Shown piece after piece: positions 51,318-64,000 of a stretch of DNA of 64,000 nucleotides. Below the pieces are notes generated by a model. The model was not told where the DNA came from and did no database searches. It saw only the letters and a program-made list of their open reading frames with translations. A program made the translations under genes and the position numbers. Numbering within the stretch: the first letter of the stretch is position 1; each line of letters starts with the position of its first letter. This DNA is from Tubulanus polymorphus (lineage: Eukaryota; Animalia; Nemertea): positions 5,860,485-5,924,484 of the forward strand of contig NC_134027.1 of assembly GCF_964204645.1 (NCBI RefSeq), given 5' to 3'.

Positions 51318-52502
51318 TCAACATCCGTTTCCACTTGACGTGGCGTGCACGACATGGACGCGGGCGTTTTTGCGTCGGTATTTCTGGCGGCATAGAATTT
51401 TTTGGAACGCTTGTCGAAATTTGATGTGCGTGAACGGATACAGAATAGGATTAATCATCGAATTGAACCACAGCAACCAGAAAGCGATTTCAAACGCTAC
51501 TTCGTTCAAACACGTCGAACAAATAGACCGAATTAGTGCCATGATCTGGTACGGGGCCCAACAAGCACCAAACACGACAATGATGATGGCGATTGCTTTC
51601 GCAGTTTTCTTGTCTTTAGTCAACCGGCGATTATTTCGTGTCGGTGGTCGGCACGGGCTCGGCGAGCTGCTACCAACTCCCGTCATCACAGATATGCTCG
51701 TATCGTAAGTACAACCGTTCGAAAATGAAGAGTTTGTTCCGATCGACGTAGTTTCCGTTTTTAGCAGATTTTTACTCGCTTTGCTAGCCTTGCTGCGTGA
51801 CCGCGTCCGTCGTCGTATATGCGCGTATATACACACATTTGCCATTGACACTAACAAGAACGGAATAATAAACTCGACGATAGCACCGAACAGCAAATAT
51901 GGCGTATGGTTATGAAATTCGACGAAGCATTCGTCGATTGGTACCTGGCTTTTACCGGTCCACATGTCCCAAAATATTATCGCCGGCGCGTATACTAAAA
52001 CCCCGACGACCCAAGGAACTATCATGAGAATAAGAACAAGCCTAGTCGTTTGTTTATGTTTGTAAGCGATGGCTTGTGATACGCTCCAATAACGATCCAA
52101 ACTGATCATCAGTATATTCCAGGATGAGGCGGCCGGCGTGGCGTAATCGCTTACCAACCAAAAAAGGCATAGACCTCTTCCAAAAGGCCATTTACCCGTC
52201 AACAAATACGGCACATAAAGCGGTACGTTTATGAATCCCACTACAAAATCCGTAATTGCCAGATTCAATATTAAGAAGTTGCTGAAACGTCTGATTCCGT
52301 AATCCACCGCAAATGCTACGATAACTAGAAGATTACCTAAAACGGTTACAATCACCATTACTCCGCATAATATGCAAATTACGATAGTGACTGGGATCGA
52401 GAACTGCAGTGTTATTGGTTCAGGTGGCGTTGTGATGTCATACGAGTCGTTAAATCCGATCTGCCTTTCTTCGGTGTAAATATCGGTAGGCATGATTACC
52501 AT
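51318..52502 (-). CDS. Aminergic class A GPCR, histamine H3/H4-receptor-like, intronless CDS, 394 aa
   Basis: Seven hydrophobic helices. GNLLV, LNLAITDF, TM3 CLFWLVSDY...ISLDRY (amine-binding Asp), TM5 IVEFIIPF (Glu as in H3R/H4R), CWAPY, TM7 EIAFWLLWFNSMINPILYP, which is close to H3R ETSFWLLWANSAVNPVLYP. Confidence 0.9.
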   Translation of the reverse strand: MVIMPTDIYTEERQIGFNDSYDITTPPEPITLQFSIPVTIVICILCGVMVIVTVLGNLLVIVAFAVDYGIRRFSNFLILNLAITDFVVGFINVPLYVPYLLTGKWPFGRGLCLFWLVSDYATPAASSWNILMISLDRYWSVSQAIAYKHKQTTRLVLILMIVPWVVGVLVYAPAIIFWDMWTGKSQVPIDECFVEFHNHTPYLLFGAIVEFIIPFLLVSMANVCIYAHIRRRTRSRSKASKASKNLLKTETTSIGTNSSFSNGCTYDTSISVMTGVGSSSPSPCRPPTRNNRRLTKDKKTAKAIAIIIVVFGACWAPYQIMALIRSICSTCLNEVAFEIAFWLLWFNSMINPILYPFTHIKFRQAFQKILCRQKYRRKNARVHVVHATSSGNGC

Positions 52503-52643
52503 GTTTTCATGTCGTCCATTCTAAGAAAAAGTAGTCGGCTTCAGCTCGAATTGACTCAAACGCCATGTTAAATCTGAAAAAAGTAATGCTTAGAATGTTA
52601 GTATGGTACGTGCGTATGACGTATGCCATGGGTTGGTCCATCT

Positions 52644-52681
52644 TACGAGCAATCATCTCGACGATGAGATGATTGCTCGTA
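52644..52681. repeat. Perfect 16-bp inverted repeat with 6-nt loop
   Basis: TACGAGCAATCATCTC-GACGAT-GAGATGATTGCTCGTA. The arm sequence recurs twice at 56337-56367. Confidence 0.85.
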
Positions 52682-55600
52682 GGCCCATCTATCGTCCAAC
52701 CAGTGATAGCCGGTGATCGTTCTGATGGAAAAGTATTTTACGTCAGCGAAATAAAAAATACAAGCATGCAACTTTTGTCCTCGCTTATGTTATATGTCTG
52801 GTGGATGTAAGGAGTGCCAAATCGTAAGACAGATGATCTGCGAACGAAGTCACAATGGAAGTGAGTACTGGACACTCGCTAATCCAGCATGTTTCCTTCG
52901 CATCGTGGATGCGCATATAAAATGATTATATATATTCTTCTACGTTCTTGTATACAGCTTGATTTTCAAGAAGACTTTGTCAAGCGCTTATCGTTATAAA
53001 TTACTAACGCGGTTGAAATATATTCGTTCCCTGAAATTGGGTATTACTGATATAATGAAAGTGCTTCGTCTTAATCCAGATGAGGTCATGTAAATAACGG
53101 AACGAACGCCTTGAAGAAGTTAATCATATTCCAAAGATGGTGACATGGTTGGTAGCGCGTGTAGATACCATTGATTAGGCCTACGTTCTTCGGATTATTT
53201 CATTATAATTTTTTTCTAAAAGTTTCACGCCATTCTATTTGATTTGCTGTCGTGACAGGAATGGTCTCGTTATCCCTTGCTGTAAATCTATTTGATCAAA
53301 CGCCTGGCCGTCGGATACTTTAGATAGATGGAGGTCAAACGTGGATATTTCAGTGAAGTGATTTAGAAGTATCGCATCAAATGCCAGCTCAAATATGAGA
53401 TGATCAATAAAATATTACCCGAATTGATGAGTTTTTAAGGCGGATACACGCAGGATGACTTGGATTGAAACGATGCCAATCAAAGGCTACGCATTGCCTC
53501 GATATTCTACGTAAGAATTCCTCATGCATACTTGTAAAATTTGATCCCCGTATAGTTTCTAACACATTACATCATAAAACAGTACTTGCTTTAACCTTGG
53601 AGTAATTCATGATAATTACTCCACGCCAAAGCTTTTGGAAGTTTTATAGTTTCAGTGACTTAAGGTTCAGTTTTTTTGTTTCTTACTCATTTGTTGTATC
53701 TCCATTCACGCTGTTTTTATCATTCCAATGTTGTGGTTGCGTAACGTCTGACAAAATGAAACGTAGAAGCTAATGATACTAAAACCATGAAGCATTAATG
53801 AGTTCCATATCCGCTAGTGGCAGTTTGGTCGATTTACTAAACGGCAGGGATCAACTACAACTAATCTTTTCTTCCACTCCAATTTACTACCCTGTTAGTA
53901 TAGAACTAAGAAATTTACGTTCCTTGAAGTGTATTAGGCAACCGTAAATGGATGCGCACACAATTTTACGGGTTTGATAGTGCCAAGTTTAATTGATGGG
54001 AACGTCACCGGTTTCATAAAAACAAAGAACACAAATGGGATCATAAAAAAGGTTTTGGAAGTGCGTCATCTGTTAACATATTTACATTACGAATCTAATT
54101 TCGTTCATGAATCAATCAAAATGCTGCATGTGTTTAATAACCCATACATTAACACAAATGAGAAAAAAAATTGAATTCATTCTTTTGAAACAGCTTCTAG
54201 TGTAATCCAATGAAATATTTCAATCATCGGCTCTGCCAAGCCATGCTGGTGAGCGAACCGGATACAAATGTAGGTATTCTAAGCTAGCCGAAATTCACTA
54301 GCCAAAGGAACATGTATACCTTGGGGCAAGATATTCATCTTATTTGTCGTTCGGCCAAAAACATGGTGCGTTTCAATTTATTTTTGCCAGATACATCAGC
54401 TGGCAACATAAAGTAATTGTATATCGAAAATTGAATATCGCAAGAAGATAGCAGAATGTCTTGTGATCTGTAACAAGCGTCCAGATCTCTTGTGACAAGT
54501 CCTTTCACGGAGAATTGAATGCTGTCAAACCGAATTCTCGCGCACGGCTTCTTTCGGCGCGGTTGGCGCTAACTGGTCATTGTATCGTGACTGAGGGTAA
54601 AACTAGGCTAAAACCATTAATAACAAATGGTATCCATTTAGTTAGGATGTTTTCACGAGGCACTCCACAAAAATGACGCTGAAAAAAACGACGATACGAT
54701 GAATACGAAGAGAGTTTTCGGTTGGGAGCTAAGCTCTTTAGTTTCTGCTTAGTTGAACAGTTGGAAATTCTTTTAAAACCAAGTTCTCGGTCTTAGAAAT
54801 TCTTTTTATGCGATATAACCACATTTGATGTATATGCGAATTATTCACTCATTCAACAAACTGTTGAAATTCTGTTTAAAACAGCACACAAAAAAACTAA
54901 TTTCATATCGGTCGCTTGTGTTACAGCGAAGATTTTTTCCTGACGCGAACAATAGAAATGTACACACATGGTGTACAGCAATGGGTTTATTTTGGTCAGT
55001 TAGAGCATGTTTTCAGTGCAATTCTCATGACTATCAATCAGATCGTGCTAATTTCCGCAGTGAACTACCGGATACCAAAAACCCGGCTACGCGACATTGA
55101 TTCCCACATTGCGCCACCAGGCCGATGTACCAAACAGAAGAAACTCAAAAGGTACCGTGTGGTGCGTTATTCAGAACTAATAGCTACCATATTGCGTAGT
55201 TTTTTCTTCTTTAACCCCCTATGTAGAAATGGAGTACATTTGGGTTTTCATCTTGAGTACAACTTCTAAAGATTACGTACGGCAAGTTACACTCTAGTGG
55301 GCAATATAATAATGACATCACGCATGAGGTCGAAACCTTTACTATTTAGAGAGACGAATTTCTATCATATATATTATTTATTTTTCTCCGTGTTCAGACA
55401 CATATACCTTACAGGTTCTGAGTAAAAAATTATCACGATGGAAAAATCAATCGGTACATTAACATCGTAAGGTAATGAATTCGTGAATGTCAAACATTCA
55501 TTTCTCATTTCTTGAAACATGTACATCTGGATTATTTTTCCATTCTGATCCGTCTGAAAGAGGAAAATTCGTAGAAAGATATAATATATTGTATATATAT

Positions 55601-58600
55601 ATGGTAATACTGTACTGTATACCATATCTGAACCAAACGGCCTCGAAAAAGAGGTAATTCCAATAATGTGAAACGATGGCATCTGAAACGTACTGTACAT
55701 TTACCATATGGCTTTCTCTCGTACCACCGCAAAGTACTCTGGCTTACGTCCGTATTTGTCGTAGCTCACCACATTCTCCCAATTACCGCCGCAAATTTGG
55801 CAGTGATAAAAACTGTTCGTCGTACTGCGCTCGGAAAGCATTTACGGCGTTAAAATATTCATTGAAGTTGATTGAAAGGTCTATTTGGGAATCGATGAAC
55901 GGCATATAAGCGACTCATTTACCCGCCTCGTATCCAATCAAAACATTATTCCCGGGCCGGATCTTTGCATTGAGATTCAGACAAAAAGAGGAAGTTAGAT
56001 AAACATTTCTCGCGATGAGTTCAATATTTCTACCGCCTGTTACATCATTGTCATCGTTAATCAATTTATCGCGCATATTCTTTGTTTCAGAGCATTATCT
56101 ATATCTATATTTTCTGGATTTTACCATAACGATACTGTCTTCGATGAATATTGCTACTTTGATATCGTCTCAAAGATTAACCTAATGTTATACCCAAGAA
56201 TATCCCTCCAGCAGCGTAACGACATAGTGAAACTAGGAGCACGACCAATGGGATCGAGGTATAACTCGGGGCCGATCACAAAAGCATGTTCATAGAAATC
56301 AAGGGTTAGCGCACTAACCAGTAGACCAAGTACCTGCGAGCAATCATCTCTCAACCTACGAGCAATCAATGCTCACAAAAAAGTCATCGTGTTTATCATG
56401 CGAATCATAAATAAAGAACAGCACATCCCCAATCCAATCCTTATAACAAAATTACAGATAGATAAACAAAACGTATCCTAAACAATGGCAATGCAAATTC
56501 AACGAGCTCGATATAGCTTCGTGTCAACAAATTCTCTGCCACGTGCACAAACCATTAGTTCTGTCACGCACGAATAATCAACGCAAGATTGGACACATTC
56601 CTCGTTTAAACGCGGCATCGTTTGTGGTCTAGCGGAAAAAATCACCGAAAATAAACCAGTATTAGTGTCGTCATAAAAAGTTAATAAAATACGACGTTTG
56701 TTTAGTGTCTATTTATAACCCTTCATGTTCCAATGAAGTATCTATCCATCCTTTTGGGAACAACTCTATCTGACAAGATATTGAAGTTGGATTAATCGAC
56801 ATCGAAATATATTCGTGCGCAAAAACCGTTCTTCTCAATCACAACATAATTGGTGGGGGTTCCAATAATCTAGAGTTTGTATATCTTTTGAGTGTCTTTA
56901 ACCACATGTAATATCAGCGTACAAGGCCGTGACACTTCAAGACATCCGCCATATTTGTTTCCAGGATCGAGTGATGATGAAAACATGATATTACTCTTTA
57001 AGCACTCTCAGTCTCACAAGAGAGTTACGTTCTGTAGGACCTAGTAAATAACCTCTTCAAAAATTAAACATATAAATCATTATTTGCTTCGTTTTACACC
57101 AGCGTTTTCCTACCGAGCTCCCCTACCCCATTCTCATATTTATAATCCATGTAGAAAGATAACGTGGTCGCTTTTAATGAAGGCGTCACAGATTAAGTAT
57201 TGTTCGTCGATTAAGTATTGTTTTTTTTTTTCTGTATTATGTTGCTCGGCACCAAAAGTTCATTTTCAGAAAAGAAATATTTGTCACGAACGAAACGCAT
57301 CTGGGTATCGCTCTTCTTCGTGAACAGCTTCAGTAATGACGTACACTTCTATAGCCGTCGCGTCAGGTCGCTTCTGTGGCGACGTCTTCAAATCGAATTA
57401 TCGCGCGTCTTATCCTTCGCATCGCGTGAAGAACAAAGAATACAAATCTTAGTCTACTATGACAACAAGAGCGCGCGGGGTTCAATTGCAGCGCGGCGGC
57501 GTGTGACAGCCGATTCATCACTTCAGCTTCTGATGACTGACTGCAGATGTCTTTTCGATATGAAAATTTGCGTAGCAATTCGATCCCGGGGTGCTAATGG
57601 CGAGTGTTATCGCACAATCGTGGTTAATGGCTTGATATGACGTCACGGATGTCTCGGGATTCTAGGTCTTTCCGTTTTTTTTTAAATAAAGTGCCAATGA
57701 AATAGTGAGATCATGAGAGCACAATTTGTCCCATAATACTGTCACCCAATCAACCGGAAATGATAAGTTAAACTAATTGTTCTTTAGGAAAATTACTTCT
57801 GCAACATTCATTCATCGGATACAAAGTGCAGAGGTACGTACTTCGAAAGTTGAAAAACGCGTCCAGATAGAGAATCTGAAAATATCTAAAACCTTCGAAT
57901 CGAAACAGTATGTCGGCTACACGTAGTGCTGCTTGTACGTAACTACAAGACGTTTAGAATAACAAACTTTTCATTTCCCACCCCGAACCTCATCGAAACA
58001 AGAAAATACGAGCTTCGAAAAAACTACGTTTATGTGGGTAGGAACACGAGTCTGACGCAAAAAAAACATGTATTTCGAGGTTTCGACACCGACTGGTGTT
58101 ACACGCGACATCGGTTCGTCTGCAGTTGTTTCCGCCTTCAATAACGATACCAATTACACTCTATCTAGATAATCAGCTCATTAAAGATGAAAAAAATCCT
58201 TTCAGTGACTGTGACCCGAATGATGCAAACAGCGAAAAAGAGTTTTTAATGATTTCGTTTCATAGAATGAATATTACGAAACCGGAAACCCTGATAATGC
58301 TAAAGTTCTGTTAAAGTAAAAAAGTTCATTCGCTAGAGAATTCGAAGTTCCCCACGAGGTAATGACTTTTAAGCCCAACCTACACGGCATAGCGAAACAC
58401 ATCAAACACGTTTTTCACAACGTTTTTTCCCATACGTGTCCGTTGGTCTTTGCCGAACCCACCACGTTGAAGAATATTGCGTGATGAAAACCAGACTCAA
58501 AATCGATCACTAATGCCTATTTTCGCATAAGAACTAATATTTACCATTTACTCTTTCGGTAATAGATTTTCAGAAGCACGTTACCGTCCCATCGATCCGA

Positions 58601-61600
58601 GTTTGCTGAACATAAAATACAATGAAACCAATATCATTTGTATATGACATTTTTTTCAGTGCGTTTGCGACAATGGATCAACAAAATCCAATATTTACGA
58701 CACAATAGGGAATCGAATTGAGATCGACCGGATAGATTTCTACCGCGTCTGTACATATATACGAGTACTATTATGTGAGTGAACATAACAGACTGAGTTG
58801 TTTGCGAAATCGTTCGCAAAATCTCTTTAAGAATCGATTTATAAGCTTTAATCTCATTTTGATCCTGTCGTATAGTAACCTTAGCTAGGCAGTTCCTAGA
58901 AAAGAACAATAAAAATCCGAGCTAGACCTATCGATAACGTAAAAAACAGTTCTTCGCTGTATGATAAAAGTAATATCTGAAACAATGGATCTCGCAAAGC
59001 TTTCACATATATTGTATATATGCATGTATTCATGTGTGTAGGTGTGATTTTTAGTATACATGAAATCCAACGAATCTGCATTCATTCAAAACGTAAAGTA
59101 ATTTGATGCTGTAATCAATTACGTAAATGTCGTACACCCGCCACAGAGTACGAAAACTTTCACAGCCAAGTGCTTCTGCTCAGAGAAATAGTATCTTTTC
59201 ATATGCCGGAAAAGTTGCGAAATATGACGTGAATGAAATGTTGCAACTTTTAATTCTATATCACGAACACTTCGAACACATTGACAAGTAAAGCGTTTGC
59301 AATATCCTGCACAATATGACGCACGGAGATCGGCTATACATATCCGGATATTGGGCAGGCTGGAATAGATAAAGAAAAACCCAATTAAACCCAATTTCCT
59401 ATGTAGGTGATTTTACATCAAGAACGTGTGGTGGCTGATTTTCTCCAGAGCAATACCGGGATAATATGTCTTGGCAAGCCTACGACACATTCATGTATAG
59501 ATACATAAAATACATGATTTCTAAAATCTATGTTAACCGAATAGGTAATTGATGTCGCCATAAAACGAAAACGTGCGCTACTTCTTAAATGACTCCACCA
59601 ATCGTTTTTCACGAACATCGAAACGAAGCAGCTTTACTTACTCTTCACGCATTTCGTAATTCGACCATTGTCGTGAGAAAATTAAAACATATCGATGATC
59701 ATAAATTCTTTCCTACGAAATTTCAGGAATTCAAATATCCTTCCACCCGAACACAACATTCATCTCGTGTGAAATGATAGGATATTATTGTAAGAGCTGT
59801 GTTGATGTAACCCTCGCTTTATCGGTCAGCCGATGACAACCTATTAAACTAGTTGGATTTCACGGGGTTTATTCAGTAATTTCTCTAATCGAGTAACGTG
59901 GCACAAAGCGTTGCAGACACTGCCCATCAATCGACCCCGCAATGAAACAATGATCGACGGCCGATGATGTATTGGGAAATGCGTATATATGATATCAAAC
60001 GCTGGTTTCATTGTCGATTTCAAAGTAACTGAACCTCCGGTGAACCTAATTTCATCGAGATTATCTATAAACTGTTATGCACTATTGACTTGTCCAGTAT
60101 AGTTCCAGTAGCGATTAGCTAGAAAATAGTCTATAAATTCACCGAATCGTTGAATGATACAAGAAAATCGAATCTGTTCACTTTGCGTGGAATTCTCCCG
60201 AAATATCGACTTGAGTTTCGACCGTTTACCTACTGACTTCCGTAGACCTGGCGCCCACAGTCAAATCAAGCTCGTCAGTCTTCCAATGACAAAGATTATG
60301 CATATTTAGAATAACATAGAACCATTTGATAAAAACATTATTCAAATCAGAATAGAGTCAATGAAAAAGCTATTTAGCTATTGCGTTCGTGTCATTTCCG
60401 GTTGATTTTTATATCGGAAAAAAATCAAACATCTGTGGACATCACGACTCACACACAACACAAATCAGAAAAGTAATCTGCATTTTGGACTGGCTTGGTT
60501 TAAATAAAACACCGTGGTACTGAAAACAAAAGGAATCCTTTCGCTTTAGTTATCTAAACACAGCTGTTTCATGGTGACCCTAGAACTATCGATCGAAAAT
60601 AGAATATTCAATATGTCACGAAATATGTTGATTTGATGAGATGGAGGTATTTTTATCAACATCTTCAGGGGCCATTTCCTCAAAAGTCAGTTAAACTAAC
60701 CGTCAAATAGTTGACATAGTGACCATTAAAAGTACATTGTTACCACAGATTCTTGCGATCTGGTCCAAGGAATTTATACGAGAGTAACTGGGCTACGACA
60801 ATGTATCCATCTAATGCCCAACGTGTATCAATTTCATTTGCGGTTTGAGCTCACGAATGGTTCGTAAAAAAAGTATACGGCCAAAAAATCTAATGTTCTT
60901 GTCCAGTGAATGAGATCAATATTTGACGAGGAGTCTATTGGGACTGGTGGTTCATAATGAACGAGCGAAACGCGATACGATATCGTACTGTGGACAAATG
61001 TCAATTCATTTCTATTGGCTCCGTCTGCGAAAGAAAATTGGCAACGGAGTAGATTTTCTGTTCTGTCTCAATTTTTATTTTACCATTCAAGGTACAAGGT
61101 GGTAATTATACAACTATTGATTGATGGTTAAAATGATTCTCGTGTTGTATTTAATTGAAACTTTGATTCGTCGGTAACTATTGCATTTTTGCGTCGTCTT
61201 AGTTACGCATTAGTTAAAGGCCGTTATTAAAACACGAATGACGCCACAGTTCTGTCGAATAATAAAAAGCTCGGGGTAGTTTTAGATTTTAAGCCTCGTG
61301 CAGACATCAATATCATCCACTTTAATTACATTTATTGACTATGAAATTGACCGTGTAGTGAAAAACATAAGATCACATATCCGAGCAAAGAAAATTGTAC
61401 CAAATGTCTTGAAATAAAGTTATTGCGTTTGAATGGCGATTTTGTGGAAGCGACTATAGATCCTACGGAGATATCCCGCTTTTAAAACTGAAATATGTCA
61501 CCTAATTGCACCGGATTTACCTTTTCTTCGTCTGTAGCTGCGAGCTATAACATCTCCAAACAACAAGTCCATTCAATATTCTCATACCAGCGCGACCAAA

Positions 61601-63062
61601 ATCGTGATAATCACATCGAAACGTGAATTAATTGGGCAAAACCGTATCAGTCTAGGTACTCTGTGAATAAACAATCAAATCAGCCGGGACCAGAGCGTTG
61701 ACCGACGGCAACGGAAAGTATTAATCATTTATATCTCTCAGATCGAGAGGAATTAATCCCACGGCTAATTCTTCTCAGATTTAACTGATAAATCCCTTCA
61801 AATCTTATATTGACGATGAGATAGAGCAATTGAACGTCGGACTAATCGTTGGATCTAGTGTTTTCGCAACCGTTACAAACACACCTACAGTCAGTCGCCT
61901 GTATCCATAATGCAGATGTGGCTTCTTTTGATAAAGTAATATTTGTTTCAACCGCACTATGAACAGCTGTCATAACTGATAATGGGCTATAATAATAATA
62001 TTTTTCTCACAAAATGATATGACAATATTCATTTGCGCTCGAATTGGTTTAACAGTTATATATACGAAGAACGGGTATCAGGATTATCGAATATTTTCTG
62101 AATTTCGCGTCAATCAAGAGCAAAATCCATGATTTAATCGCCTACCTCTTCCATATCTTATAATCATATGCATATCAAATAGAAGTATACTGCTCTTTGT
62201 GTTGCACTGGAGGAAGAAGGTTTTCAAAGCTGAATAGATTCAAAATGTATACAAAGGCCTTTTTATCATAGTCTACCAGCATCTTATCAATTTACTAAAA
62301 ATTCAAGAGCTATCAAGAAAATCAAAGTTCTTTTCTCGATTTCTTTTTCAAAATCAGATTTACAGAACATATTCTGATCTTTTTCCAAGCACAATTCCGA
62401 ACGGAAAAAGCCTCAACGTGACATTTTATGCATGAACATATTCATTTGATGTACGGGTTTTCAAATTTGATTGAAAGCCGAATAAAAAGAACATCAAAGC
62501 ATGCATGAAGAAAACACGTCCTATTTGATGCTCTCCTATTTTCATTCTTTTATATAAAATCATTCCGGGCATATATGAATATATGATTCATCTATTTATT
62601 TTTATGTTTTCAGAAATAATTTGCACCTGCTGTATTTTATAGTTGGTTATTCTCGAAAGGAAATGAATCCTACTTATCATTGGCTTAATGTTAATGTAAC
62701 GCTGATGGTACATAACGATGAAAATCTCCATTTTCTTAAAGATTGTCGTTAAGTCCAAAGATTGATCGGTGGCAATCAATTTGTCAAATTATGAAATCTG
62801 ACCACTTATTTCTTACGCAAGCGCAGTTTATTCGTTTGGTTCGGTAATCAATCATTGGTTGAAAGTCGTATAGAGCGGGGTTCGTGGTATGGATAATTGA
62901 CGTAATAACACCTAAAAACACCTGGTGCGTAAATCAACAACGTACTGTTCTCTTGTGTTATCAAACGAAAAAAAAATATTGATTACCCACTGATACCTAA
63001 TTAATTCAACGAATAACACAAATCTAGCAAACTCCAAGAATTTCTTAGCTTCATGAAGTTTA

Positions 63063-63267
63063 AAAGCCCAACATACACACACACACACGACGCAGGGAAA
63101 TATGGAAACGCAGATACACAAAATCAAACATGTTTGATCTCGCAAACGTTGTTTCCCGAAATCATGTTTCTAGTTTCTCGTAAACGCACACGAAACAGGG
63201 AAACACTCGTAAACATGTTTTTTTCTGCTGTTTCCATGTTTCCCTACGTCTTGCGACGTTGGGCTTT
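63063..63267. mobile_element. Palindromic MITE (Harbinger-like termini)
   Basis: Outer AAAGCCCAAC/GTTGGGCTTT. Inner GACGCAGGGAAATATGGAAACGCAG versus the reverse complement of CTGCTGTTTCCATGTTTCCCTACGTC. Further AAACATGTTT and TGTTTCCC/GGGAAACA symmetry. Confidence 0.7.
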
Positions 63268-64000
63268 ATCTGGTTAGTTAAATGCGCTGCAGCAACGGAC
63301 ATATTTAAAAATAGATCGGCATAAGATGATAACTCAATATTCATTATAACATAGATATTCTAAACAATTTACCTCATATTCATTATGCTATCAAGTCGAT
63401 ACAGGATGGTATTTGCTGGGGTAACTCGCGACAAGGCAAACTAATCAACACAAACTATCAGCCTCTGAGTTACTCTGAATAGAAAATGAGAACGTTATTC
63501 GGGATTTTTTCAGATATTCAAATTTGAATGGAAATGTCCAATTAAGCGATATCTGCCCGACTGGAATCATTTAAGACGTCTCGGTATCAGCAGACTTGAC
63601 ATAGATATTCCTTTTTTCACGTTCAATAGGAAACCGTATCGCACTCATTAGCTGTCAACTTGAAAGTTGCTCTTTTAGTTTTAGTGGTTAATAGTTGCTG
63701 CTGCAGGCATATCTTCTCGATTGAATTATCAGTTGATGACAAGGTATGATTTACATTTAATCATTTTTGAAAACAGGACGCGCACGCTATGATTATCTTC
63801 CGCTTTCCGTTAATCTCACTTGCGGCGTATATTCTTTGTGACTAACTTCTGTGATGTTACGTAGCCACGAGGGATGGCACAATCACTCGCGAGACGGATA
63901 GTTTATATAACGAAGACATACACCATCAAACTTAGGCACCTTCCGAAATGCTTTACGATACTATTAGAACATTAACGTACATTGAAATTCCCCACCCAGA

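Noticed and set aside
52700-64000. Many 60-140-aa ORFs upstream of the GPCR, and ORFs antisense to FoxF, ASB, gag/pol and the GPCR
   Set aside because: Mostly non-ATG starts, AT-rich codon composition and no domains, or shadows of real coding strands. Treated as non-coding.
1-64000. CRISPR arrays, rRNA/tRNA genes, prokaryotic operons
   Set aside because: No repeat-spacer periodicity, cloverleaf or rRNA signature seen. The DNA is spliceosomal-intron-containing eukaryotic sequence, and the only tRNA-like match is the 18-nt PBS.

Overview
AT-rich, intron-containing animal genomic DNA, probably from a marine invertebrate bilaterian (taxon inferred, not provable here). Six host genes were reconstructed by hand from GT-AG splice sites: FoxF (2 exons, +), a mitochondrial-clan cytochrome P450 (9 exons, +), an ankyrin-repeat/SOCS-box gene (4 exons, -), KDSR (10 exons, -), a GT32 DxD glycosyltransferase of the SUR1/OCH1 type (2 coding exons, +, head-to-head with KDSR) and an intronless histamine-H3/H4-like GPCR (-). 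KDSR intron 3 holds a complete, apparently very young 9.0-kb Ty3/Gypsy LTR retrotransposon (36758-45789, -). It has 1454-bp LTRs that look identical by eye, a CTTG target-site duplication, a tRNA-Leu primer binding site and a gag/pol -1 frameshift. The best candidate for a new system is this element's accessory module. In the env position it carries a non-env ORF3 (zinc finger plus acidic activation-like segment) behind its own splice acceptor. Its LTR has paired CRE sites, TATA/Inr, a GNRA-capped hairpin, a palindromic-loop hairpin and an Arg-rich small ORF, which together resemble the regulatory layout of a complex retrovirus. That function is a hypothesis. Several MITEs and a LINE remnant are also present. 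No rRNA, tRNA gene or CRISPR array was seen.
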